From Candidatus Falkowbacteria bacterium (GTDB taxonomy: Bacteria > Patescibacteriota > Patescibacteriia > Patescibacteriales > UBA12465): a stretch of 64,000 nt of DNA. A program made the translations under genes and the position numbers. The DNA lies in the NCBI GenBank assembly GCA_016432645.1, contig CP066698.1, positions 773,062 to 837,061 of the forward strand, written 5' to 3'. Below, piece by piece: positions 37,163-47,408 of this stretch. The notes beneath the pieces are model-generated. The model was not told the origin of the DNA, did no database searches, and saw nothing but the letters and a program-made list of their open reading frames with translations. Position 1 is the first letter of the stretch, and the number at the start of each line of letters is the position of its first letter.

Positions 37163-37264
37163 ACACTCGGTTTAAAAAAATATTTTAAAAAATAATTTGG
37201 TAACTAAAAATTTCTCCACTGCTGACCGCGGTGGAGATTTTTTTTGGAAAAAGACAAAAAACTA

Positions 37265-37293
37265 TTGCTAGTTATTTTTATTAGTTGTATAAT
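37265..37293 (+). promoter_or_regulatory. Sigma70 promoter of the H1-like gene
   Basis: TTGCTA-17 nt-TATAAT downstream of the glyS terminator (~37210-37246). Confidence 0.65.
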
Positions 37294-37378
37294 TTAAGTA
37301 TAAATAAAAAAATAAAAAATTTTTTTTGATCAAAAGAAAAAAACAAAAAATTTTTTTGAGAAAGGAGGTGACATCAAT

Positions 37379-37519
37379 ATGAAAAAGAAAGCAAAAAAGG
37401 TGGTAAAGAAGGTTGCTAAGAAGCCAGCTAAAAAAGTTGCTAAGAAACCGGCTAAGAAAGTTGTAAAGAAAGCCGTTAAGAAAGCTGCTCCTAAGAAGAA
37501 AGCTGCCAAGAAAAAATAA
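37379..37519 (+). CDS. Histone H1-like Lys/Ala/Pro/Val-rich microprotein (46 aa; not in ORF track)
   Basis: MKKKAKKVVKKVAKKPAKKVAKKPAKKVVKKAVKKAAPKKKAAKKK; SD AGAAAGGAGGTGA 7 nt before ATG; own promoter; terminator ~37572-37602. Confidence 0.9.
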   Translation: MKKKAKKVVKKVAKKPAKKVAKKPAKKVVKKAVKKAAPKKKAAKKK

Positions 37520-37645
37520 TTTTTAAAATTTATTATTTTTTAATAGATTTTATCAATTTAAAAATTATACAAAGGCCGTCCTGCGGAATCAGGATGGTTT
37601 TTGTGTTTATCGGGGTTTTAGGCGCTGCCATCTATAATAGAATAT

Positions 37646-38497
37646 ATGTTTAAAAGAGATAAAGCCGCCGCGCGCTGCCGAAAAAATAAATATTTTTTAA
37701 TTATTATCGGGCTTATTTTGTTGTCCGGTATTTTTTTATTTATTTTTTTAGCAACCAGAAATTGCTTGCGTGTTTCTTTTATGGATGTCGGCCAAGGCGA
37801 CGCTTCTCTAATTCAAACGCCAACTGGCAAAAACATTTTAATTGATGGTGGACCAGATAATTTAGTATTACATCGTTTGGGAGAAGCTCTGCCTTTTTAC
37901 ATTCGTCGCTTGGATTATATTATCATCAGCCATTTTCATGATGATCATATAATAGGATTGGTAGAAATTTTAAAACGTTATCGGGTCGATAAAATTATTT
38001 TTGTTTCTCCGGATATTTCTTCGCCGGCAGTTGATGCCTTGCAAAGAGAAATTAAAAAATTAAATTTATCGGTTATCAATATCATCGCTAGTGCTAATTT
38101 GCGGCTGGATAATTATTGTTCCTTATTTTTTATCAATCCTGCCAGCTTAAACATAAAAGATAATGCCAATAATTCTTTAGTTGCCAAATTGGATTGCGGG
38201 AATAATAAATTTTTATTTGCCGGTGATAACGAGTCGGGGGCGGAGGCTGCTCTAGTAAAAAGCGATTTTGATTTACGCGCCGATATTTTTAAAGCTTCGC
38301 ATCACGGCTCTAAAACTTCCAATATGGAAAATTTTTTAGAGGCTGTTTCGCCGCAAAAGATAATAATTTCAGTCGGAAAAACTAATCGCTTCGGTCATCC
38401 TAGCCCGGAAGTGTTAGATAGAGTACTTGGCCGAGGGATAGATATTTGGCGGACTGATATCCAAGGAACTAGTCTTATTTTAGCGGAAATTAGGTAG
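37646..38497 (+). CDS. ComEC/Rec2-type metallo-beta-lactamase domain protein (stand-alone)
   Basis: DVGQGDA, LIDGG, SHFHDDHIIG, NNSLV, F.GD, HHGSKTS, N.FGHP, RTD..G. Confidence 0.88.
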   Translation: MFKRDKAAARCRKNKYFLIIIGLILLSGIFLFIFLATRNCLRVSFMDVGQGDASLIQTPTGKNILIDGGPDNLVLHRLGEALPFYIRRLDYIIISHFHDDHIIGLVEILKRYRVDKIIFVSPDISSPAVDALQREIKKLNLSVINIIASANLRLDNYCSLFFINPASLNIKDNANNSLVAKLDCGNNKFLFAGDNESGAEAALVKSDFDLRADIFKASHHGSKTSNMENFLEAVSPQKIIISVGKTNRFGHPSPEVLDRVLGRGIDIWRTDIQGTSLILAEIR

Positions 38498-38618
38498 TAT
38501 TTATAAAATATTGACAAAAATAGATAAGAATGATATAGTTAGAGGTCAAAATGTTTTTATTTTGGCGCAAATTTTAGTAGTTCATTAAAAATTTTTTAAC
38601 CTTAAAATAGTAGAAATC

Positions 38619-39614
38619 ATGAAAAAAAGTATCTTGTTTTTTTTGTTGTTAGGGATTTTAATTCCTCTGAGCTCGTGGGCTCAAAAACAAAATGTGTTGC
38701 TCGCCAACGCGACTGCAAAAAAAGTATTAATCGATGACCAAATCATCAATCCTCGTGCTTCTAAGGAGTTATCGCTCACCGTTAAGGGTGGTGTCGCTCA
38801 GTTCTCTCTGGCCTATTACGATGGGCTGGTTTTGAAAGAGTCAGTTAATCTGGCTCGCAAAGTTAACAAGGGCAGAATCATCCTAAAGGATTTTGACCCA
38901 ACTAATAACGATGTGCCCGACGCCTCTGTCATGGATGAAGAAGTAACCTCTAAAGGGGCAACTGCCGACTTTGGCGGAACCGCTGTTAACTCTGGTAATC
39001 AGGTCCAAAATCCTGATGATTGGTGGAGCTATGCCACCGTTAAGCCCAAAAATGGTTTAAAAGGACAAAGCCTTTTTGTGCCTTCCGAACCTTTTAAAGG
39101 TTTAGCCCTGGCTTCTGGCCAACAATCTAGCCGCAGCGCGACTCTTAAAACGGGGGAAATAATGTTCCCGGCCCTATTAATGGAAGAAAAAGAAGAAGCT
39201 TCCACTAAAAATGGTATAAATTATACCTGGGCCATTGTTGATAAGATTATTGTCGAAGGGCAGGATGTTTTGGAAATCAAACCGGAAAACATTATGAAGG
39301 CTAATGATGGTGATTTAACCAAAAAAACCATTGTTTCCAAATTAGGATTTCCGTTTATCATCGCCGAAGGTGCTTCTTCTGGTAAAGTTGTCTCGGATAA
39401 TATCCCGACTCGTCTGGATTTGTATATTGGTTGGAATATTCTTCCTATCCAATACAAAGGTCCGGACGGTTTACCGGTTCAAGCTATTCTGATTCTTCTG
39501 GTTGACGATTCTAAAAAGCCGCTCATGACCGGTAGTAAGTCCAAGGAGCAAAATATCTCCATCGGTCGCAACGACATTACAATCATGGATTTTAAGCGTC
39601 CAACCTCCAGGTAA
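38619..39614 (+). CDS. Secreted hypothetical protein
   Basis: Signal peptide MKKSILF...SWA-Q; own promoter TTGACA(38511)-17-TATAGT(38534); terminator ~39641-39677. Confidence 0.8.
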   Translation: MKKSILFFLLLGILIPLSSWAQKQNVLLANATAKKVLIDDQIINPRASKELSLTVKGGVAQFSLAYYDGLVLKESVNLARKVNKGRIILKDFDPTNNDVPDASVMDEEVTSKGATADFGGTAVNSGNQVQNPDDWWSYATVKPKNGLKGQSLFVPSEPFKGLALASGQQSSRSATLKTGEIMFPALLMEEKEEASTKNGINYTWAIVDKIIVEGQDVLEIKPENIMKANDGDLTKKTIVSKLGFPFIIAEGASSGKVVSDNIPTRLDLYIGWNILPIQYKGPDGLPVQAILILLVDDSKKPLMTGSKSKEQNISIGRNDITIMDFKRPTSR

Positions 39615-39803
39615 ATCTACTCTAAGTAGATAAAAATTTCGAGGCCTCATTTTGAAAAAGATGAGGCTTCTTTTTTTGACGAAATTAGGCAATAATTAGC
39701 CCATATTTATTGTTGGCCTGCCCCTATCCGCGGTTGACCGCGAGTGTTTCGTTTGCTATAATAATTTTAGGGTTCTACGGCCCGTTTTTATTGTAATACC
39801 TAT

Positions 39804-40448
39804 ATGATTATCACTTGGCAAGGACATTCCTGCTTTAAAATTCAAGACAAAATCGGCCCCGAAGGCGTCACAGTTGTGACTGACCCTTTTGGGAAAAGCA
39901 CCGGTTTAAAAGTTCCTAATTTTGAAGCCGATATTATAACAATTTCTCATGATCACGATGATCATAATAATGCCGGCGCTTTGCGCGGCAATCCGTTTAT
40001 TATCGATTGCGCCGGGGAATATGATTTCAAAGGCGTTTTAGTGGAAGGAATTGACTCTTTTCATGATGATAAAAAGGGGTCTGAGCGTGGAAGTAATATT
40101 ATATATAGAATGGAAGTCGATGACGTCTCCATTGCTCATTTGGGAGATTTGGGCGGTCCGCTCGATAGCACCCAGTTAGAAAAATTAGTTGGAACCGATA
40201 TTTTATTAATTCCGGTGGGCGGTAAATATACGCTTGACGCCAAAGCGGCCGTGGAAGTAATCTCGCAAATTGAGCCCCGGATTGTAATCCCGATGCATTA
40301 TAAAACGCCGGATTTAAAAATGGATATTGACCCGGTTGATAAGTTTATCAAAGAGTTGGGCCTGAAGCCGACTTATGAAGAAAAATTAAAAATTTCCAAG
40401 AAAGATCTTCCGCAAGAAGATATGGAACTAGTAATATTAAGTATTTAA
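39804..40448 (+). CDS. MBL-fold metallo-hydrolase (Lactamase_B_3 type)
   Basis: W.GHSCF, TDPF, SHDHDDHN, HLGDLG, PVGG, IPMHY. Confidence 0.9.
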   Translation: MIITWQGHSCFKIQDKIGPEGVTVVTDPFGKSTGLKVPNFEADIITISHDHDDHNNAGALRGNPFIIDCAGEYDFKGVLVEGIDSFHDDKKGSERGSNIIYRMEVDDVSIAHLGDLGGPLDSTQLEKLVGTDILLIPVGGKYTLDAKAAVEVISQIEPRIVIPMHYKTPDLKMDIDPVDKFIKELGLKPTYEEKLKISKKDLPQEDMELVILSI

Positions 40449-40452
40449 AATT

Positions 40453-41055
40453 ATGATTAATCCTAAAAAAGAAAGAACATTTGTGATTCTAAAACCAGAT
40501 GCTGTTCAGCGCGGATTGGTTGGCGAAACAATTAAGAGAATCGAAAATACCGGCTTAAAATTGGTAGCTATGAAAATGATCATGGCCACTGAAGATCAAC
40601 TGTGGAAGCACTATGCTAAGGATGATGCTTGGTTTTTAAAGAAAGGCGAAAGAACGGTTGAAGAAAGAAAAGCGGCCGGAATGCCGATTGAAAAGGAAGC
40701 GATTGAATATGGCAAAGACATTATTCGCGCTCTGGTTAAATTTATGAGCTGTGGTCCAATTGTCCCGATGATTTGGGAAGGAAATCAAGCTGTCGGTATT
40801 GTTAAAAAAATTGTGGGCGCCACTGAGCCTCTATCTTCTGATGGCGGGACTATTCGCGGCGACTATACCCTGGATTCCTATGAGCTTGCCAGTTTGGATG
40901 AAAGAGCAGTTCGTAATTTAGTCCACTGTTCTGACCCAGTTGAAGATGCGGCGCGAGAAATCCCGCTTTGGTTTAGCGAAGAAGAAATTTTGAAATATAG
41001 CTTGATTGCCGAGAAAATTCTATATGACGTCAATTTAGACGGCATTAAAGAATAG
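40453..41055 (+). CDS. ndk: Nucleoside diphosphate kinase
   Basis: ERTF..LKPDAVQRGL.G, G.T.P, GTIRGDY, N.VHCSD. Confidence 0.95.
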   Translation: MINPKKERTFVILKPDAVQRGLVGETIKRIENTGLKLVAMKMIMATEDQLWKHYAKDDAWFLKKGERTVEERKAAGMPIEKEAIEYGKDIIRALVKFMSCGPIVPMIWEGNQAVGIVKKIVGATEPLSSDGGTIRGDYTLDSYELASLDERAVRNLVHCSDPVEDAAREIPLWFSEEEILKYSLIAEKILYDVNLDGIKE

Positions 41056-41064
41056 CTTAATAAT

Positions 41065-41568
41065 ATGACCGAGGAAGAGCGTCGCAAAAAAATAATACTA
41101 GTAAAAATTTTAGTGGGCTCGTTGGCGGTTGTGATTTTTTTGTTTTGGTTTTTGAATTTGAAGAATGTTTTTGAGATGAATAAATTGCGTTCTACCAAAA
41201 GCCCCGAAGCCGCTAAATTAAACGAACTTAAAAAAGAAATCGGCGAATCTTTAAATGAAGCGACGGAAAAAATTAAAGATCAGGAGCAGCAAGCGAAACT
41301 AAAAGAAGATGTTAACGGGCTTTTAAATGGAGTAATTGCCGAAGTTAATAAAAATGCTTCCTCTAGCGCCGTTACCTCTACTGAAATAATTAATAATGCC
41401 TCCACCACGGCAGCCACTAGTTCGTTGCCGGAAATAGCTACCTCGACCTCGCCAAACAAAATCAATAATAATTGTCCGTCTTATATAGACTGTATGCCGT
41501 CTATCGGCGAATCAAAACCCTGCCAAATACCGGTAGGTTGCGAAGGAATTACACAAATAGCTTATTAG
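41065..41568 (+). CDS. Membrane-anchored protein with coiled coil, S/T-rich stalk and Cys-rich tip
   Basis: TM near N-terminus; C-terminal CPSYIDCMP...CQIPVGCEG. Confidence 0.75.
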   Translation: MTEEERRKKIILVKILVGSLAVVIFLFWFLNLKNVFEMNKLRSTKSPEAAKLNELKKEIGESLNEATEKIKDQEQQAKLKEDVNGLLNGVIAEVNKNASSSAVTSTEIINNASTTAATSSLPEIATSTSPNKINNNCPSYIDCMPSIGESKPCQIPVGCEGITQIAY

Positions 41569-41578
41569 TTTTATCTTT

Positions 41579-44110
41579 ATGCCTAAAAAAGAGCTTGAAC
41601 CACAAGACAAAGAGCGCTTGGAAAACAATTCAGATCCGGAAAATACCAATGTCCGTAAAAAAACCGAATATGGCTTAGTGGAAGAACAGCCGATTGTTGA
41701 TGAAATGAGCAAGTCTTATTTGGACTATGCCATGAGCGTTATTGTTTCTCGCGCTTTGCCTGATGTTCGCGACGGTTTAAAACCGGTACATCGCCGTATT
41801 TTGTATGCCATGTGGAATATCGGTTTGCGAGCCGGCGGTAAATTTCGTAAATCAGCGACGGTTGTCGGTGAGGTTTTAGGTAAATACCATCCTCACGGCG
41901 ATTCGGCAGTTTATGATTCAATGGTGAGAATGGCGCAAGATTTTGCGATGCGTTACCCGCTCGTTCGCGGCCAAGGAAACTTCGGCTCTATGGATGGCGA
42001 TAATGCGGCCGCCATGCGTTATACTGAAGCTAAATTGTCGGCCATTTCCGAGGAGATGATGTTTGATATTGAGAAAGAAACCGTTAACTTTTTGCCTAAT
42101 TTTGATGGCAGCCATAAAGAACCACAAGTTTTACCGGCTAAACTTCCTAACCTATTATTAAATGGAACCATGGGAATCGCGGTTGGCATGGCCACCAATA
42201 TTCCTCCTCATAATTTGCGAGAACTGGCAGCGGCGATTGAACACTTAATTGCTAATCCTGATGCCAGCATTGAAGAGTTAGCCCAGTTTGTTAAAGGTCC
42301 TGATTTCCCAACCGGCGGCATTATTTATAATAAACAAGATATTTTAAATGCTTACGCGACCGGAAAGGGCGGCGTGGTTTTGCGTGGTAAGGCTGAGATT
42401 GAAGAAATGAAAAGCGGCGGCTTCCAAATTATTATTACCGAAGTTCCTTATCAAGTTAATAAGGCTGATTTGGTGGAAAAAATTGCCGACCTGGTTAGAG
42501 ATAAAAAAATTGAAGGCATTAAGGCTTTGCGTGATGAATCCGATAAAGACGGTGTCCGAGTAGTAATTGAACTTAAGAAAGATTCTTATCCTAAGAAGAT
42601 TTTAAACACCTTGTACAAGCATACTAGTTTGCAGACTACTTTCCACTTCAACATGCTGGCTCTGGTTGACGGTATCCAGCCTAAGGTTTTAACTTTGAAA
42701 ATGATTCTGGAAGAATATATTAAGCACCGTGAAGAAGTCGTGCGCCGTCGCACCCAATTTGATTTAAACAAAGCTTTAGACAGGGCCCATATTTTAGAAG
42801 GCTTAATGATTGCTTTAAAAAATATTGATGAAGTTATTAAAACGATTAAAGCTTCTAAAGATAAAGAAGTTGCCAAACTTAGTTTGATTAAGAAATTTAA
42901 ATTATCCGAAAGACAAGCGGTCGCCATTTTGGAAATGCGTTTGCAGAGCTTAGCTAATCTGGAGCAACAACGGATTGAAAACGAACTCAAAGAAAAATTA
43001 AAACTGATTAAAGAATTAGAAAGTATTTTGAAATCAGTCGCCAAAATCAGGGGAATCGTTAATAGCGAACTTAAAGAGTTGACGGAAAAATATGGCGATG
43101 AACGAAAAACCGCGGTCGTCCCTCATGCCGTTGGAGAATTCAGTATGGAAGATTTAGTTCCTAATGAAGAGACGGTTGTGATGATGACTCGCGATGGTTA
43201 CATCAAGCGCTTAGAACCAGATACTTTTAAAGTTCAGGCTCGTGGCGGCAAAGGTGTTATGGGACTCACAACTAAAGAAGAAGATACCGTTGAGTTCATG
43301 TTTACCAGCTTAACCCATAATGATGTTTTATTCTTTACAACTAAGGGCCGCGCTTTCCAATTGAAAGTTTACGAGATTCCGCAAGCTTCCCGAATTGCTA
43401 AAGGAACGCCGGTGGTTAATTTTTTGCAGCTTATCGGCGGTGAGCAGATATCCTCAATTTTACCTCTAGATAAAGCAGTCTTTAGCAAATATTTATTTTT
43501 TGCTACTCAAAAAGGCCTGGTCAAAAAAGTAGAACTAGAGGCTTTTAAGAACGTTAGACGTTCGGGCTTGATTGCTATTAAAATTAAAGATGATGATAAA
43601 TTAATCTGGGTTAAGCCTACTTCCGGCTCCGATCATATTCAACTGGTAACTTCCCAGGGGCAAGCCATTAGATTTAAAGAAAGCGATGTCCGCGATATGG
43701 GACGAGGAGCAGCCGGAGTGCTTGGTATTAGATTGCATAAAAATGATACTTTAATTGGCATGGGAGTTGCCAAGACTGATAAAGAAAGAAAACGAAATTA
43801 TCAAATTCTCACCATCATGGCTAATGGTTTTGGCAAGCGGACCGAATTTGGCGCTTATAAAATCCAGGGCCGCGGCGGCAGCGGAATTAAGACTGCTAAA
43901 GTTACTTCCAAAACCGGGGCAATTACCAACGCCTTCTTGGTCAATGCTGATTCTATGGAAGACAAGGATTTAATTATCATTTCCGATCACGGCCAAGTAA
44001 TCAGAACACCGTTTAAATCAGTAAATGTTTTAGGCCGCGATACTCAGGGCGTTAGAATTATGCGCTTTAAGGAGGATAGCGACCATGTCGCGGGTGTGAC
44101 CTGGGTCTAA
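41579..44110 (+). CDS. gyrA: DNA gyrase subunit A
   Basis: [30 protein letters not shown], GyrA box QARGGKG, CTD blades. Confidence 0.98.
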   Translation: MPKKELEPQDKERLENNSDPENTNVRKKTEYGLVEEQPIVDEMSKSYLDYAMSVIVSRALPDVRDGLKPVHRRILYAMWNIGLRAGGKFRKSATVVGEVLGKYHPHGDSAVYDSMVRMAQDFAMRYPLVRGQGNFGSMDGDNAAAMRYTEAKLSAISEEMMFDIEKETVNFLPNFDGSHKEPQVLPAKLPNLLLNGTMGIAVGMATNIPPHNLRELAAAIEHLIANPDASIEELAQFVKGPDFPTGGIIYNKQDILNAYATGKGGVVLRGKAEIEEMKSGGFQIIITEVPYQVNKADLVEKIADLVRDKKIEGIKALRDESDKDGVRVVIELKKDSYPKKILNTLYKHTSLQTTFHFNMLALVDGIQPKVLTLKMILEEYIKHREEVVRRRTQFDLNKALDRAHILEGLMIALKNIDEVIKTIKASKDKEVAKLSLIKKFKLSERQAVAILEMRLQSLANLEQQRIENELKEKLKLIKELESILKSVAKIRGIVNSELKELTEKYGDERKTAVVPHAVGEFSMEDLVPNEETVVMMTRDGYIKRLEPDTFKVQARGGKGVMGLTTKEEDTVEFMFTSLTHNDVLFFTTKGRAFQLKVYEIPQASRIAKGTPVVNFLQLIGGEQISSILPLDKAVFSKYLFFATQKGLVKKVELEAFKNVRRSGLIAIKIKDDDKLIWVKPTSGSDHIQLVTSQGQAIRFKESDVRDMGRGAAGVLGIRLHKNDTLIGMGVAKTDKERKRNYQILTIMANGFGKRTEFGAYKIQGRGGSGIKTAKVTSKTGAITNAFLVNADSMEDKDLIIISDHGQVIRTPFKSVNVLGRDTQGVRIMRFKEDSDHVAGVTWV

Positions 44111-44138
44111 TTATTTGCTGGCGGTTTAACTTAAAAAT

Positions 44139-44585
44139 ATGAAAAAGTATTTTCAAGAATTCAAAGCCTTTGCCGTTAAAGGCAACGTTGTTGATTTAGC
44201 GGTTGCCGTTATTATTGGTGGCGCCTTTGGAAAAATCGTTTCCTCTCTCGTATCTGACGTCGTGATGCCGCTTATTGGCGTAATTGCCGGCGGTTTAGAT
44301 TTTACTAGTTGGAAAATTATTTTAAAGCAAGCAGTAATTGGTTCTGATGGCGTTTTAGCTTCTCCGGCCGTAACTATGAATATCGGGGTCTTTGTGCAAA
44401 ATATTTTTGACTTTTTAATCATCGCTCTTTCCATATTTTTTATGGTTAAGGTTTTAGGCAGGATTAAGAAGCGTTTAATAAACGAAGAAGAAGATAAAAA
44501 GAAAGAAGAAAAATCGGCGCCATTAACGAAAGATCAGGAATTATTAGTGGAAATTAGAGATTTATTGAAGAATAAACCAGAATAA
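44139..44585 (+). CDS. mscL: Large-conductance mechanosensitive channel
   Basis: EFKAFA.KGNVVDLAVAVIIG.AF..IVSSLV, LL.EIRDLL. Confidence 0.96.
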   Translation: MKKYFQEFKAFAVKGNVVDLAVAVIIGGAFGKIVSSLVSDVVMPLIGVIAGGLDFTSWKIILKQAVIGSDGVLASPAVTMNIGVFVQNIFDFLIIALSIFFMVKVLGRIKKRLINEEEDKKKEEKSAPLTKDQELLVEIRDLLKNKPE

Positions 44586-44750
44586 GTATTAGAGAAACTT
44601 TAAATAAAAATCGGATTGGTAGTCCGATTTTTTGTTATCCAATTTTTAGAGCTATTCGTTGGTAAGGTTGCAATATTGACAATTTTGTTAATAATTTGTA
44701 TTGTAGCTAGAAGTAATTTAACAAATTATATAACCAAAAAATAGTTAGCC

Positions 44751-45287
44751 ATGTGTATATTACCAGGAATGTCCGATGAATTAGGGAGGCGAGTTGTCTC
44801 CAACCCGAAAATGAAATTAATCCGCAAAAGAAACCGATTGGTGATGCTTACTCAGAATATATCTGGGGGATTTAGCACCTTTCGGGTTGTGCCATTTAAA
44901 AGTAAACAAGCAGAAGAACTTTTTGTTTTGGAGAAGGCCGCAGAAAACGCCCAGCAGGCAGATCGTACCTTTCTCTATATGTATTTAACATTCTGCACTC
45001 GAACCGTCACTTACTGCCTGTATGGCGGCAAGAAGATTCAACTTGAAGACAAGCTGGAATATGAAGCGCCTTATATTTTTGATGAACAATCGAAACCGGG
45101 CAATGAATTATTTATTATTCCGGCCAAAGAACTGGCTCAGTTAACAGAGTTGTCTAATTGGGGAAAATCAGTGATGGTCAAAGTACAGAAAAATCCAGAA
45201 AAAATGTGCTTATTGTGCTATGGCAAAAGCAAATTGCTCTGGCTTGATAAAGGTTATACGCTTGTTAGCAGTTTGCGAAAAAATTGA
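44751..45287 (+). CDS. Hypothetical protein
   Basis: Own promoter TTGACA(44676)-17-TATTGT and terminator ~45301-45332. Confidence 0.65.
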   Translation: MCILPGMSDELGRRVVSNPKMKLIRKRNRLVMLTQNISGGFSTFRVVPFKSKQAEELFVLEKAAENAQQADRTFLYMYLTFCTRTVTYCLYGGKKIQLEDKLEYEAPYIFDEQSKPGNELFIIPAKELAQLTELSNWGKSVMVKVQKNPEKMCLLCYGKSKLLWLDKGYTLVSSLRKN

Positions 45288-45421
45288 AAATTTTTGTTTT
45301 AAAAAAGGCCCCCAGTCAAAATGGGGGCTTTTATTTAACCTATTTTTAGGATAATTCGTCAAGATGCAAAAATATCGCTAAAAGTTATATAATAGAAAGA
45401 GAAAATATTAATTTTATATTT

Positions 45422-46537
45422 ATGGATAATTGGCCAATTTTTTTAATAGTTTTAGGCGGTTTAGGGATTATTATATATCTTTTGCTAAAAAGAAAAGATG
45501 AGGGGTCGGATAAAATGTTGCCTTTAATGGAGCGGATGGCTCAGCAGTCAGAGAAATTAACTCAGCTTTCAGAGCAGAATAGCGAGCTCCGCCAAGAACT
45601 GGACCGAAAGTTATCAGAAACTCATCGTTCCAATCAGGAACAGTTTGGGCAGACGACTAAGATTGTTCAAAATATTACTAATCAGTCAGCCAAGTTAATC
45701 GCCGATGTTACCGAGAAGCTGGCCAAACTGGATGAAACCAATAAGCAAGTCGTAAATTTTTCTTCCCAATTGCAGAATTTGCAAGATATTTTAAAAAATC
45801 CGAAACAGCGCGGTGTTTTAGGGGAATATTTTTTAGAAGAAACTTTGAAAAATGTTTTGCCGCCAGGCTCGTATCAAATGCAGTATAAAATGGGCAAGGA
45901 TGATAAGACGGGTAAAGACTTAATTGTGGATGCTGTGGTTATAGTTAAAGATAAAATTATTCCGGTAGATGCCAAGTTTTCTTTGGAAAACTATGAGCGC
46001 ATTTTAAATGCCACTGATAAAGAATCGCGCGAGAAATTGGAACAGCAATTCAAGCAGGATTTGAAAAATCGTATCGACGAAACCGCTAAATATGTTTTGC
46101 CGGATAGAGGAACCATGGAATTCGCGTTTATGTTTATTCCTTCGGAAGCAATTTATTATGATTTATTGGTTAATAAAGTCGGTGCGGTTAAGGTTAATAC
46201 AAGAGATTTAATTGAATATGCTTTCCGCGACAAGAAAGTAATTATTGTTTCGCCGACTTCTTTTCTTGCTTATTTACAGACAGTTCTTCAGGGACTAAAA
46301 GCGATGCAGATTGAGGAAAAGGCTAAAGAGATTAAGAGCAATATTGAAAAATTGGCCAAGCACATGCTCGCTTATGATGAATTCTTAAAGAAGCTCGGTT
46401 CCAGTTTATCTACCACGGTCAATCATTATAATAATGCTTCTTTGGAATTTAAAAAAATGGATAAAGACGTTATGAAAATTACCGGTGGCGATAGCTCCAT
46501 TGAACCCTTAAAAATAGAAAGACCAAAAAATGCTTAG
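45422..46537 (+). CDS. rmuC: DNA recombination protein RmuC
   Basis: TM plus coiled coil, K.RG..GE..LE, VDAKF, FA.MFIPSE, SPT. Confidence 0.92.
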   Translation: MDNWPIFLIVLGGLGIIIYLLLKRKDEGSDKMLPLMERMAQQSEKLTQLSEQNSELRQELDRKLSETHRSNQEQFGQTTKIVQNITNQSAKLIADVTEKLAKLDETNKQVVNFSSQLQNLQDILKNPKQRGVLGEYFLEETLKNVLPPGSYQMQYKMGKDDKTGKDLIVDAVVIVKDKIIPVDAKFSLENYERILNATDKESREKLEQQFKQDLKNRIDETAKYVLPDRGTMEFAFMFIPSEAIYYDLLVNKVGAVKVNTRDLIEYAFRDKKVIIVSPTSFLAYLQTVLQGLKAMQIEEKAKEIKSNIEKLAKHMLAYDEFLKKLGSSLSTTVNHYNNASLEFKKMDKDVMKITGGDSSIEPLKIERPKNA

Positions 46538-47408
46538 TGATAACTACAATCAGAAAATATCAACTCGGGACATCTTAGACCCACTGGTTTTTTTTGATTT
46601 ATTTGATTTTCCCCTAACTGCTTATGAAATTTGGCATTATTTAGATTGTCGCGGTTCTTTGGCGGCGCTGACATCGTCTTTAGAAATGATAGATTCAAAA
46701 ATTTTAGGCCAAAAAAATGGTTTTTATTTTTTAAGCGGCCGTGAGAATATCGTCGAAACCAGAAAAATAAGATATAATTATTCTTGTCATAAAATAAAAA
46801 TTGCTAAGCGGTTTGCCCGCGCCTTTGCCTTCTCGCCGTTTGTAAAAACTATCGCCATTGCTAATTTTATCGGTGATCATAATTTACGCCAAGAAGGCGA
46901 TATTGATTTCTTTATTATCACTAGTGCCAGGCGGATTTGGTTAAGTCGTTTATTTTGTGCAGGGCTAGCTAAGTTGCTGAACAGCCGCCCGACTGCTAAG
47001 AAAAAACAAGATAAAATTTGTTTGAGTTTTTATATCTCTGAAGAACATCTGGATATTCGTGATTTAGCTTTAGGCGATAACGACCCCTATTTTTATTATT
47101 GGTTGCGTGGGTTGTTGCCAATTTATGATTCTAATAATTTTTATCAGCAGTTTTTAGCCGCCAACAATCTAAGCACTGATAAATTTACCGCGGTTTCTAT
47201 TCAGATATCTTGGCTGGACGCTCTGGAAAAAATAGCTAAAAAGTGGCAGTTAAAAATTATGTCTCCGGGCTTAAAGAAGGCCATGAATAATTCGGACGGA
47301 GTTGTTATTTCGGATAGCGTTCTAAAATTATATCTTAGCGATAGACGGCGTCTATTTGCTGAAAAGTTTAAGTCTAAATATGATGAACTTCTTAAAAAGA
47401 TTAACTGA
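46530..47408 (+). CDS. Hypothetical protein with a Pol-beta-type nucleotidyltransferase-like motif
   Basis: GDIDFFII motif; N-terminal F..PLT..E pattern. Confidence 0.6.
   Translation: MLSDNYNQKISTRDILDPLVFFDLFDFPLTAYEIWHYLDCRGSLAALTSSLEMIDSKILGQKNGFYFLSGRENIVETRKIRYNYSCHKIKIAKRFARAFAFSPFVKTIAIANFIGDHNLRQEGDIDFFIITSARRIWLSRLFCAGLAKLLNSRPTAKKKQDKICLSFYISEEHLDIRDLALGDNDPYFYYWLRGLLPIYDSNNFYQQFLAANNLSTDKFTAVSIQISWLDALEKIAKKWQLKIMSPGLKKAMNNSDGVVISDSVLKLYLSDRRRLFAEKFKSKYDELLKKIN

Noticed and set aside
39615..39631. ATCTACT-CTA-AGTAGAT hairpin resembling the 3' end of a Cas12a repeat
   Set aside because: Single copy just after a stop codon and before a terminator; no spacers, no second repeat, no cas genes
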